DNA of 62,000 bases. Origin: Vicugna vicugna (lineage: Eukaryota). The stretch is from contig MU058418.1 in NCBI GenBank assembly GCA_013265495.1, forward strand, positions 1,264,917 through 1,326,916, given 5' to 3'. Positions 1 through 10,901 of this stretch are shown piece by piece. Made by a program: the position numbers and the translations under genes. Under the pieces are notes generated by a model. That model worked only from the letters and a program-made list of their open reading frames with translations. It was not told the DNA's origin and did not search any database. The stretch's first letter is position 1. Each line of letters opens with the position of its first letter.

Positions 1-485
1 GTCATGATTTCTTCAAATACCTTTTCAATCCCCTTTGTTCTTTCTTCCCCTTCTGGAACTACTATTATGCGAAGATTGGCATACTTTATATTATCCCATA
101 GGTCCCGTATATTGTTTTCATTTTTTTTAATTTGTTTTTCTCTCAGCTGTTCTGATTGGGTGCTTTCTGTTGTCCTGTCTTCTAGGTCACTTATTCGTTC
201 CTCTGCATTATCTAGCCTGCTTTGTACAGCCTTTAGGTCAGCTCTCATCTCAGCAAATTAGTTTCCTAATTCTACTTGGCTCTTCTTTATAGCTTCAATT
301 TCATTTTTGATGTATTTTATATCTCTAAACACTATTTCTTTTAGTTCCTTCAGTCCTTTGATCACTCCTTTTTTGAAATCTTGATCTAGTAGGCCATCAT
401 TGTCTATTTCATTGATCGTGCTTTCAGGGGATATCTCTTGATCTTTTAATTGGGAGTTGTTCCTCTGCTTCTTCATATTGCTCAT
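1..485 (-). pseudogene. L1 ORF1p, inactivated by an in-frame TAA at 258-260
   Basis: MSNMKKQRNNSQLKDQE...ELGN* continues in the same frame as FAEMRADLKAVQSRLDNAEERISDLEDRTTESTQSEQLREKQIKKNENNIRDLWDNIKYANLRIIVVPEGEE. This is the coiled-coil and RRM start of L1 ORF1p. Confidence 0.92.
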
Positions 486-1084
486 ATCTCTCTGGCACTG
501 TGGCTTATATAGTATCAGTTATCTATTGTGGTCCTTAAGGAGTTTATTTATTTGTCTATCTAAAGCCTATGCAGGAATAAAACTTGAAAAAAAGAGAGAG
601 AATTTTAAAAGAAGGGAGAAAAAAAGGTTTGAAAACAGTGTATAATCAATAATAGAAGAGCAAGTTGAAGCAGAATAGCAATTGAGTTAAGACATCTTTT
701 AAAAACCTTTAAAAAAAGGAAAAAAAAATCAAAAAACCGTATTTGAAACCTGTGTATAATCAATAACAGGAGATCAAAACCAAGAGAAATAAAAATGAAA
801 TGATGTGGATTTTTAAAAATAATAATAATGAAAAGATTTTAAAAGAAAAACTTAAAAGGGATTAAAACTGTAGACATATACAATTGTTTAAAAAGTAAAG
901 ATTAAAAAGGTAACAGAAAATAGAACTGATAAAAAAAAAAAGAGATGTGTTCTCGTGGAGACTGTGCACTTTTGATGATTTTATCGAGAGGTCTTTCTGT
1001 CTTCGCCCTGTTTCGGAAACTCAGCTTGCATTTTCCAGAGGCCCTCTGTTGGTGCCCTCCTCTGTGCTGCTCCCAGTGCCTGTC

Positions 1085-1400
1085 GGCAAGCAGATCGCAC
1101 CCCCTCCCAATACTGGGTCAGATGCTACAGTCTTACATGGTGGGTTGGCAGGTCACTCCCTATCCTGATGCCGCAATCAGATGCTGCACTTGGGTGAGGT
1201 AGGTGGGCAAATCGTGTCCCGTCCTAGCACTGGGTCAGGTGCTGAGCTCTTACCCGGTGGGCAGGCAGGTCACTTCCCCTCCCGATGCCACAGTCAGATG
1301 CTGCTCTTGGGTGAGGCAGGTAGGTGGATTGCGCCCCCTCCCATTACTTTGGTCAGGTGCCGCACTTCTGCCAGGAAGGTGGGTGGCCATCCGCCCTCTC
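1085..1400. repeat. Tandem array of ~5 x 59-bp monomers inside the L1 5'UTR
   Basis: The core TCAG(A/G)TGC recurs at 1118, 1177, 1235, 1294 and 1353 (spacing 59, 58, 59, 59). Confidence 0.85.
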
Positions 1401-2389
1401 CTGGCATCAATTGCTCCCTTGCTCTGTGCAGCTGCCCTCTCCACCTTGGGTCGGCACTCCATAGGCATGCTTGGGGAAGACCATGGAACAGTCCTGCCCC
1501 TGCTCTGTACCAAAACTCAGCTCCTTGTTTGTCTTGGCGGCACAAATTCTCTGAGGTACCAGGGCAGAAAAATCCTATCTGCCTTGGGCTGTAAACAAAT
1601 CTCAGTCCTGCCTAGGAGGTTGCAGAGCCCCCATGTGTGGATTCAGGTCTCGGCCCCACCCCAGCCTAGGCACTGCGCACAGGAGGATATGGCGGTTGTG
1701 GCTGCGCCCCGCCTCTCTTCTCCCGAAAAGTGCCAGTAATGGCACCACAGGTCTGAGGAGACAAAGGCTATGGTGCCCTTACCCCCAGGGCACACCAGCA
1801 GTGTTTCTTTGCTTTTTTTTTTTTTGTAACTTATGGGGGACCCAGGCTGTTCTGCTCTGTATCTCCTCCCAGCCACGGCATGCAGCACCCTGCAGTCCCC
1901 CAGGGTTGCCTCAGTGCAGCTTCCCCAGACCTCCACTAGGCTCGGGCAGCCTGTTCCGGTCCCAGCTGCCAGTTCGCGTCTCGGGCTGGGTGTCATGGGG
2001 ACCCTTTGTGCCCGTTTAACTTAGTTCTATTGGTCAAGGGGTGCTCCGTACAGATCTCGGCCTTGGAGGCTCCCCTTCCATCCCATTGGCCTCTCCGTTG
2101 GAGAGGGGAAAGTCAGCGAATGAGCGCTATTCCTCCTTTGCCACTCCCTCCCCGTGGGACTGGTCCTGCACTGTTTTGCTTTTCCTTCTTTCTTTTTTCC
2201 TTTTCTCCTACCAGATTTGTGGTGTCTTTGTGTTTTGAAGAGGGCAGTGTTCTGTCGGAGTCAGCAGATGCTATGGTTGGCTGGGTGGGTCCGTAGATGT
2301 GAGTTTTGGTGTATTTGTGGGAGAGGGTGAGCTACGAGCATCCTTCTACTCCACCATCTTGGCTCCTAGTCTAGAATTTCTATAACTGT

Positions 2390-2730
2390 AAAGTATAATA
2401 ACCAAAATTAAGAACTCAGTAGATAAGTTTGAGAGCAGATAGAACACAGCTAAGGAGCAACATAGTGGACTAGAATATAGGTCAGAGGAAACTATCCAAA
2501 ATGAATCAAGAAGAAGTGGAAAAAGGAAAATACAAAAGAAAGGATAAAAGAAATGGAGACAATGGAGTTTAACTTAGTTCACTTAGAGTACCAGAAAGAG
2601 GAAAGAGAGGGAGATAGAGAGGATGGAGCAGAGGTAGAATACACATCATATGGACATACAGATGGACTGGATATTGTCTGACAGTTATGGGAAAAAGAAA
2701 CACTGACAACACGCCAGGAGAAAAATTGCT
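2390..2730 (+). mobile_element. Ancient L1 ORF1 fragment (L1M-type), adjacent to the younger L1
   Basis: Degenerate translation KIKNSVDKFESR*NTAKEQHSGLEYRSEETIQNE resembles the L1 ORF1p coiled-coil; A-rich. Confidence 0.65.
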
Positions 2731-3839
2731 CAAATTAAGACATGATATGATTAGGAGCATATCACCCTGGGCTGTGATGTGGATTTTGACATTTCTAGGC
2801 CTTTGATCTAGGGACTCTGGTGCTCGGCCGTGAAGGCTGAATGTGAACTATTTGGGACTGCTGCCATTTATCCCATCCTCTCCCTCCCTCTTGTTGCCCT
2901 GGGGTAAAGAACTGTTAGCTGAAAGTAGCTATACAACCGAAGTCAGATTTCACGCCAAATATCAAATCATTTTTCTATTTGTCAAACTTTAAAGGAGAAA
3001 AACACATTCAGTTTATGATTTTTTTTTATATGTCCCTGAAAAATTATTACTTCTATAGATTAAGGAAAGTTAGGGGAAAACATAGAAATATCCATGACAA
3101 AACTGATATGATCTCACACAGATGAATCATAAGTGATAAGATGCCCATTATAAAGATAATCTCTAAGAAAATGTTGTTTTTGCTTTTCAAAAACAAAACA
3201 AGTTCACTGAGGGGAAAATCCAAAAAGTATAACAATGAAACAAAATTAATCTTTTATTCCACTATCTGAAGATAACCAGTGTTAACAGTATAGTCTGTAT
3301 CTTTCCTAGACTTTTCCTACATATATATTCCAGGGTATACAATAAAGACTTGCCTTGGGAGTGAGGATTTGGGCAACTAGGAAGGAGTAGGATTTTTGAG
3401 TTGGTGTTTCAATTACTTTGGAAACAAATGAATATAAGAGTAAGACTGCTCCCCAGGCTGTGTTGTTTTATTCACACATTCACTCACTAATTCATTCAAT
3501 AAATATTAAGTACTTTCTGTGTGGCATGTACTGGGTTAGGAGCTGTTCATTATGTGGGCCTAGGGCTTTCCCCCACATGGGTGCTCATGTGTTATCACAA
3601 GACATGTGGGACGGAGAGGGCCTGAGGCAGACACTATCTTTGTCATCTGCATATGATTTTATGGAGGGCTAGGGTGCCAGGAGGGCAGGTATTTTGGTGG
3701 ACCAGAGACAGCTGGAAGGAACAGAGGGAGTGGTTTAGCTAACCAGAGGCAGGCCAGACTGTTGAAATTTTTGATCTGTTCACCTTGTTTAGGCTGCCTG
3801 ACTTTGTGAGCTGAGGAGAAGGTTATTGATAGTTAATAA

Positions 3840-4140
3840 AATAGCTACTCTTTATAAAGTGTTTATTGTGTGCCAAACAGCATAACATACATAAATCATT
3901 TCATTTACTTCTCACATGAACTCTGTGAATTAGTAACTGACATTTATTGACCACTTACTATATAACTGCCACTACTGTAAGATTTTACATGCAGTCAATA
4001 CATTGAACCCTTGGGACAAACCTATGAGACAGGTTTTGTTATGATCCCCCTTTTATGGATAAGGAAATGGAAGTTCAGGAACACTTGCTCAAGGTCACAT
4101 GACCAGACATGACAGACCATAATTCCAAAGCCTTTACGGT
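3840..4140 (-). mobile_element. MIR SINE fragments
   Basis: MIR core reverse complement: CCTATGAGACAGG...CCCCCTTTTATGGATAAGGAAATGGAAG...CTTGCTCAAGGTCAC. Confidence 0.65.
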
Positions 4141-4494
4141 ATTTTTGCTCACAACTATGTAACTTATTTAATTAATGAAAAATAGTGTTTCTGGTTAATA
4201 AGAAACCCTCATCTCTCACCAAATTCAATCCTGAAAGTTTACTGAGTGTCACTTCTTAGATCACCATAGAAGCCAGGATTAGAAAACACACTCTTTAAAT
4301 ATCTATTTTCTTAATTTTATATTTTAAATTAATCTTAATCTTTTTGAAGCTGAACTCTCTTAGGAAAAGACTTCCTTCTTTAATACATTTCATTCTTCTT
4401 TCTCACATTTTTAAAGAGAAAAGAAATACTACTGTTTCTCCATGGCCTAAATTGTGATTTATTTGGCAACTATTAAGCTCTCTTTTATTTAATG

Positions 4495-4680
4495 ACTATT
4501 TTTTATTGTAGTAAAGTAATACACAACATAAAATTTACCACTTTAATAATTTTTTAAGTGTACAGTTCAGTGGCATTAAGTATACTCATATGTTGTGCAA
4601 CCATCACAATTATCCATCTCTAGAACTTTTCATATCCCCAAACTGAAATTCTATACCCATTAAACAATAGCTTCCCCCAA
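4495..4680 (-). mobile_element. Old L1 (L1MB-like) 3' end fragment
   Basis: AACATAAAATTTACCACTTTAA...GTGTACAGTTCAGTGGCATTAAGTA...TTGTGCAACCATCAC is the typical reverse complement of an L1M 3'UTR. Confidence 0.75.
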
Positions 4681-5349
4681 TAACTATTATTCTTAAAAGA
4701 GATAAATAACTGTATTAAGCTTAATTTTCTTTACATGAATGAGCACATAATTGTCTTTGGGATATGAAGGAAAGGGATATTTGCCAGTATAATGGCAAAT
4801 GCAGAGCCTACTGACAAAGGTGTATAATTTGTAAAAATAGCTGAGTGGGCAAAATTCTGATTTTCAGCTGCCCTAGGCACTTCAGTGTACTTCTGATAAT
4901 GATTTTCCTTGGGCATGTAGTTAAAGAGTGAGCTTAATTATACATAACTACATACCTAAGATGAGGTTTTACATTTTTTTACATATACTTTCTGATTTAC
5001 CAAAGATAAGACACTAAATTCTAACTGATCTCAAAAAAATAGTGTGTCACCCTCAGAGCATGAGTATCTTATTGTATGAGTTATCCTTTTTACAGGACAA
5101 TGCTGTATCTTACCTTCCCCCTCCTTCTTTCTGGAACTGTTTTCATTACATGGGGATTCCACCATCTTATCTGGTCCCTACTATGACTCTGAGCTCAGGC
5201 AAATGCACAAAGGCTGATTTAGGGTTTTGGATGTAGTCAGTGGTAGAAACGATCCTATTGAGAATGACACTTCTCTACACCTTCAACTCATCAGTTGAGC
5301 TCCAGATAAGAATAAAAAACAGCCAAAATGGGATGAATGGTAATGTATG

Positions 5350-5560
5350 TGCCAGACACTGTGCTGAATGCTTTATGTGTATTATTTTTGTAATCCTCAC
5401 AGTCCTGTGAGATCCAAATCAATTTCCATTTTACAGATGGGAAGACTCAGGAACAGAAAGATTATGTAACTTGCCGGAGACACACTGTTAATAAGTTACA
5501 GACTGAGGACTCAAACCCAAGCATTCTAGAGCCTTTGTTCCAATCTACTCTGTTAATACA
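5350..5560 (-). mobile_element. MIR SINE
   Basis: TGTGCCAGACACTGTGCT...TAATCCTCACA...CCATTTTACAGATGGGAAGACT...GTAACTTGCC. Confidence 0.7.
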
Positions 5561-7101
5561 GCCTACTGGTCCACATCAGGCTCGACAGAGTCAAGGTTAG
5601 ACCAAAATAAACCACACGCACATTCGAGTCCCTGTGTGGCTGAGGTGAGCAGGGAGCCTTCGCTAAGGTCAGGCACTGGGTCTGGAGGTAAAGGCGTTCC
5701 AGCCAGGGAAGGGAAATGGGAAAGGCAAGGTCATCTCCTCTGGCCCCATGTGTTATCTGGTTGGTGAGAGGAGAGAGGAGAAAGGAGAAAGGGCATCTCT
5801 CAGCAGATTTCCGAAGGCATCAGTGCTCTCTCTCTGGTGTGGTGTCCCTCTGCCCTAGGCTCGTAGTTGCTGCATCCTTAAAACTGCTGTCTTTTGAGGG
5901 AACCACCTCTCCAGAGCTTTTCGCCCTAATTCACTCTTACTGCCCACACCTCTGTGAGTTTTCTGTGTAACTGATCTCAGCTGGTCATTAGGGTAGTGGT
6001 GGATTTAAATGGATGGACTCTAAGGTGAGAATGATTCTCCCTCTCCTCATAGTTCCTTAATTCCCCCAGGAACGTAGCCATATCTACATTTCTGAAAGCA
6101 GAAGCTTTAATGCAGATGATTCCCTAAGTGAGGGGAACATTTTTGAACAGAGAGGGGTATAGATAGATTCTGCCAGAAGCTGAGGAGGCTCAGCCATCCG
6201 TGTCACGGGGATCTGCTGTGGCTTTCAGAGGGACCTCAGAGTAGCTCCTGGCCTTCCTAGTCTCCAGTCTCCTCTGCACCCTGACGGGGCCAGACACACT
6301 CTTCTCTCCACTGCTCACAGGTACAGTCATCCACGCACAACTTCAGACGAGCAGAGGTGACTCTCCTGGGAGTGAGTGTTCCTAACCCCTAAAAAGTGTG
6401 TTTGCATATTGTTGTCATAATTTTCATGAGTTAAATTCATGTTTCAGGAACAAGTGCTCTACATCTGTAGGTGGCACCTTTGTGAGCGATTTCTTGGGCC
6501 CTGAATGCTGCCTTCTCATATCAAGAAGTAGAGTGCTGTGCAGTTATGCCTGAGGTCTCAGTCTGCTTCTGGTCATGAAGACCCTCTGATGTTTCCCGCA
6601 GCTGTTAGCAGTCTTTGCTGCATTGTACTTGGGTACCCCAAATTAAATGAAAAACATTTTCTGATGCTTTTCTTACTGAAACATAGTCTTTATTTCAAAA
6701 TAGTGACATAATATTCAGCATACCATTATAAGATAGCTCCATTTAACAGTAGTGACAGTTTGCATTTGAGTCATAGGAAGGCTTTGTTAGGACATGTTTA
6801 AAGTTATGTCATATAAATAGAGACAGTGAAGATGAGATTTAGGACAGGGGCCTACAGGATACCAGCTGAAGTCGCTAGAATACTCTTTCCCTTCCTGCCA
6901 AGTTCTTCTCTCTTACCTTCTTTGTACATCACTATTACAACACAGTGTACACTGGCCTCGGCCCACTCTGAAAACACTGCCCCATTTGGTCAAGTTACTC
7001 CCAAACTACCGCCTAGATCACAGCATGACAAGAAGAAGAGATGTTTTCTACCAGAATTGGCTTATTTTAATTTCTGACTCTTTATTTTACTTTCATTATA
7101 G

Positions 7102-7242
7102 CCACTTGGAGCCAGTGACTATTTGGAACTGTCAAAGAATTTTGATACAGTATTTTTACGAAACATTCCACAGTTTACCCTGGCGAAGAGGACTCAAGCC
7201 CGGAGATTCATAACTCTCATTGATAACTTTTATGATTTCAAG
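7102..7242 (+). CDS. AFG1L: AFG1-like ATPase (LACE1), antepenultimate coding exon
   Basis: Polypyrimidine/AG acceptor at 7100-7101 and GTAAGG donor at 7243. The 141 nt encode PLGASDYLELSKNFDTVFLRNIPQFTLAKRTQARRFITLIDNFYDFK, containing the AFG1/ZapE-family RRFITLID motif. Phase 0/0 joins the next exon in frame. Confidence 0.95.
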
Positions 7243-7274
7243 GTAAGGATGTAGTACATTTTCTCAAAACTAAA

Positions 7275-7460
7275 CATTTTGGACTGTGAAGTGAGGTTGC
7301 CTGGGCTGGAATCCTGGTCTGCTACTCACTTCACTTTTCTGTGCCTCTGTTTCCTCATCTGCAAATTGGAGATAATAGTAGTATTTGCTTCATAGAATTG
7401 TTGTGAGGACAAAAGAGACTAATCCGTGTAAACCACTTACAACAACACTCAGCACAAGCT
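7275..7460 (+). mobile_element. MIR SINE
   Basis: GCCTGGGCTGGAATCCTGG...CTGTGCCTCTGTTTCCTCATCTGCAAATTGGAGATAATAG...GTTGTGAGGA. Confidence 0.75.
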
Positions 7461-7809
7461 GGACTACTGGTGGTAGCAGTAATAGCAGTAGTAGAATAGT
7501 AAAAGTCCCGTCATAAGGCACTGCCATGTTAGCGATTCCATCATTCAGTTAGACGTATCATGTGCTGTCTGTGAGGATGTGCAACACAGTGCCTTACCTA
7601 GACTGAGCATTCAATAAATACTTGTTGCATGAATAAATTATTAGACTCGTAAAATAATGAGAAAAATGAATGATTGACCAAAGGGCCAGCCCTCCTAGTA
7701 TTGCAGTTTTTCTCCCTTTGACCCAGAAACTCCAGTAACTATCATTGTCCCTTTTTTAAAAAAAATTTCATGTATTTTAGCATGAATTGCAGAGCCATTT
7801 TCCCTTCAT

Positions 7810-8025
7810 CAGTAGCCTAGTGGTTGAGGAGTGGGCCCTGGTACCAGGCTGTTGACCTTGAAGACCAGCCTAACCTCTTGAACTTGAATTGCCTTCTGTA
7901 GAAAAAGTGAGTAATAATAGCAGTTACCTCATAACATGTTGTGAGGATTAAATAAGTGTGTGAAGTACTTAGAACATCTTGTGGCATACAGTAAGCTTTC
8001 AGTGAAGATGAGCCACTATTAATAG
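7810..8025 (+). mobile_element. MIR SINE
   Basis: GCCTAGTGGTTGAGGAGTGGG...TAATAATAGCAGTTACCTCATAA...TTGTGAGGATTAAAT...GGCATACAGTAAG. Confidence 0.65.
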
Positions 8026-8214
8026 TATATACAGTAAAGTATAAACACCTTCAAACTAGAATTAATTTAAATATTATTTTACTGTTAGATATCATTTTTC
8101 TTCCCTGTTCCTTGCACAGAAATAGATAGAGCAGTGATTCTAAAATTGAAGGGACTTTGAGGGGAGGAGAAAGCACCAGAATGTGCTGGGAGGGAGAGGT
8201 GAGATTTTTAACGT

Positions 8215-8370
8215 TTCCTTTATTCATTTATTCCACAACCTTTATCATGCAAAGCACAGTGCTGATTCAATGACAAAGAAAGCCAGACACGGTGCCTGCC
8301 CTCATGGAGCTGGCAGTCTAGTGTTGAAGAAACACAAATCAAATGTGTACAGACTGAGAGTAAAGTCAGC
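8215..8370 (-). mobile_element. L2 LINE 3' end
   Basis: TTCATTTATTC...AGACACGGTGCCTGCCCTCATGGAGCTGGCAGTCTAGT is the reverse complement of the L2 tail. Confidence 0.65.
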
Positions 8371-10787
8371 ACTGGGGGATGTTTTCTTGGAAAGAGAGGG
8401 GAGTTGGTGCTGTGAGAGTCCAGGGGGAGTGGATCTTTGTGCAGGTGAGGAGGGTGGAGGTAGGAAGTGCTGCTGAGGACCAGCTGTACCAGAATCATCA
8501 TAGCTACTTAAGATCTGGATTCCAGAGCTCACTCCACCCCCACCAGCAAATGAGGACCAGGGATGTGGCCTGGAGCTTGCTGGTTCACCAGCTCCTCAAG
8601 TGCTTCTCATAAACACTGAGATGTGATGGCCCAACTCCATCAGGGTGAAAAGGGGTCAGCAGAGTGGGAAGTTTGCAGCAAAGGCTTTGTGATGGGCCTG
8701 AGCACAAAGAGCAGCCAGCAGACTCTGCCACCTGCTTTCAGGGGGCCAATAGGGGTGTGAGCAGAGCATCGGGAGAGGCAGGAAGCTGAGAACACTAGAG
8801 CTCGAGGTTCAAGTCCTATCACTTGTCTTCTTCTGGGTCACTCATCCAGAGACTCTGCTTTGAAATTATCACGTGGGGTCCAGAATAAATCTCCTGGAGA
8901 TAACACTCTGTTTTTAGAGGGTAATGCTTCAAGAAGAAAGTGGTAGAGGGGCACTGGGAGGTGGTTCTTAGAGTGGAGGATTGATAAACTATTTTCTTTA
9001 ATCTTTCAGCTAGAAATACCTTAAAGAAAGCTTATGTTCCCCATCCCTCAGTCCCACCCCCTCCCCCAATTTCTACGTCCCACTACTTCTTAATTAGAAG
9101 GAAAAAAGATTTATCTAGCAATATGATTCAATACCAGAACCATTCTCCTAACATTTGCTTTAACTAAATCACACAAATTCTTTTTTAAACATAGTTTAAA
9201 TTATCTTATTTCAGAAATTGGGAGCATTAAATAGACATCATTCTAGAATGTATTCATGGAAATTTGTGAAATAAGGGCATTCCCATCTAAGTAATGAAAA
9301 AAGTGTCATTTGTGATTAAAAGAATTTATAAGAGCGGGTAGAAAGCCACTTGGATCTGGAAAGAATAGTCCCAAACATCAATACATTATTTTATAGTATT
9401 GGCATATTTACTTGAATAATGATTTTAAAAGGATAGTTGTGAATCCTGAAAACAAATTCAAGACTCCTTAAAATATCAAGAAGAGTATTTTTTGTATCTA
9501 AACTAGTGGACATAAAATTTATAAAGATACAAAAACTGTTTCTGATATATGATCACATATGCACACTCACTCAAACACTTACGTAACCAAGAAGTATTAA
9601 TGTAAAGCTTAGACTTTTTGAAGACTAACTGGAAGCATGCTGATATAAATGTATGTTCTGGAAACTCAGGGTGTAATTGGAGTAGCGATGCACTGAACTT
9701 AGCAGTCACCTATGCAGCAAAGTGGTAACAGTGCATCTGGTGAGCAACTCTGATGCACACTGAGATGGGCTCCAGTCAGTCAGGTAAAAATGTCAACCTC
9801 AGATGTAATGGAAAAACCACTGGACTTAGAACTGGAAGTTTTGAGCTGGCCTCATGAGTTGAGACCTCTCCAGGCCCAAAGGCCAATAAAACCTTTTGTT
9901 CCCTACTTCACAGGATGATACAAGCTGTGTGGAAATATTTGGAAAGTACTTTGCAGTTTAAAAATATCACTTTAAAGAGACTCAAACTATTAGAAAAAAT
10001 ATGGACATGATCAAAAGGTTTTTTTTAAAAAAATACTTTGTTTAAAAAATACATTTGGAAACATCTGTGATCCCAGGCTATCTGAATATGGGTTATGTGG
10101 CCTATTTATGTTTCAGAGATATTCCAGAAGTAGAAAAGAGAGTTTCCCAAATATTGAAATCCACTTTAAAGAAATGCTGTATTCACTTATTACACAAGAT
10201 TTTTATTATTAGTGATGAAGAAACAGCGTAGATGTGTCCTGCCAGTTTTGAAACTTTGACAGCCACATTTTGCTTAGCATTTTTGTGTGTGTGGACTTTT
10301 AAACATGGAGATTAATGAGATTTTAGAGTAACTTTAGGATAACTTTAGGATAATTAGCTTAAATCTCTAATTAGAAAAACAGATTAATGAAATAAGAAAA
10401 ATACGTCATAAATTGAAGCTTTAAATATTTTTTCCCAAAATAAAGATAGAACTCGGAGAAAATATGTAAAAATAGAAATAGTTATTACTGTTACTTAGAT
10501 TGAAAGAGAGGAGTTCAAGGAATTGTTCTTTTGTAAATACCCATTCTGTGAGTTCATAAAAGTGTATTTTCACCGAGTATCAATTTTGCTGCATGTATTT
10601 AGAACCATTAAAAAAAGTATCACTTTAAAGAGACTCAAATTTTTAGAACACATACAGACATTTTAAAAGCAAAAATCCAAGCTCCCTGTTATGACAAACA
10701 GGTTTTTATTTTGTGAGAAATTTGTTGTTACCTTCAACTTGTGAAAGGGAAGGAGTAACACCGTTTACTCGTTTTCCCCCCTTTCAG

Positions 10788-10901
10788 GTGCGCGTAATTT
10801 GCTCTGCATTGACTCCTATATCAAGCTTATTTTTGCATCAACATCATGACAGTGAGTTGGAGCAAAGCAGAATACTGATGGATGATTTGGGGCTGAGCCA
10901 G
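10788..10901 (+). CDS. AFG1L: AFG1-like ATPase (LACE1), penultimate coding exon
   Basis: TTTTCCCCCCTTTCAG acceptor and GTAGG donor at 10902. The 114 nt encode VRVICSALTPISSLFLHQHHDSELEQSRILMDDLGLSQ. Confidence 0.95.

Larger units (their letters stand above)
1..2366 (-). mobile_element. LINE-1 5' portion (5' end, ~1.9 kb 5'UTR and ORF1 N-terminus), antisense within an AFG1L intron; continues beyond the window start
   Basis: The minus strand begins GGAGCCAAGATGGTGGAGTAGAAGG at 2366, a typical L1 5' terminus with a YY1-like AAGATGG. It has a GC-rich 5'UTR, a T-rich (sense) spacer at ~560-945, then ORF1p-like translation from 485. Confidence 0.93.

Noticed and set aside
1085..1400. Regularly spaced repeats resembling a CRISPR array
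   Set aside because: Eukaryotic DNA. The whole units are homologous (no unique spacers) and lie inside an L1 5'UTR.
945..2296. Cluster of overlapping ORFs up to 178 aa
   Set aside because: They lie in the GC-rich L1 5'UTR tandem array; repetitive translations with no protein-family signal.
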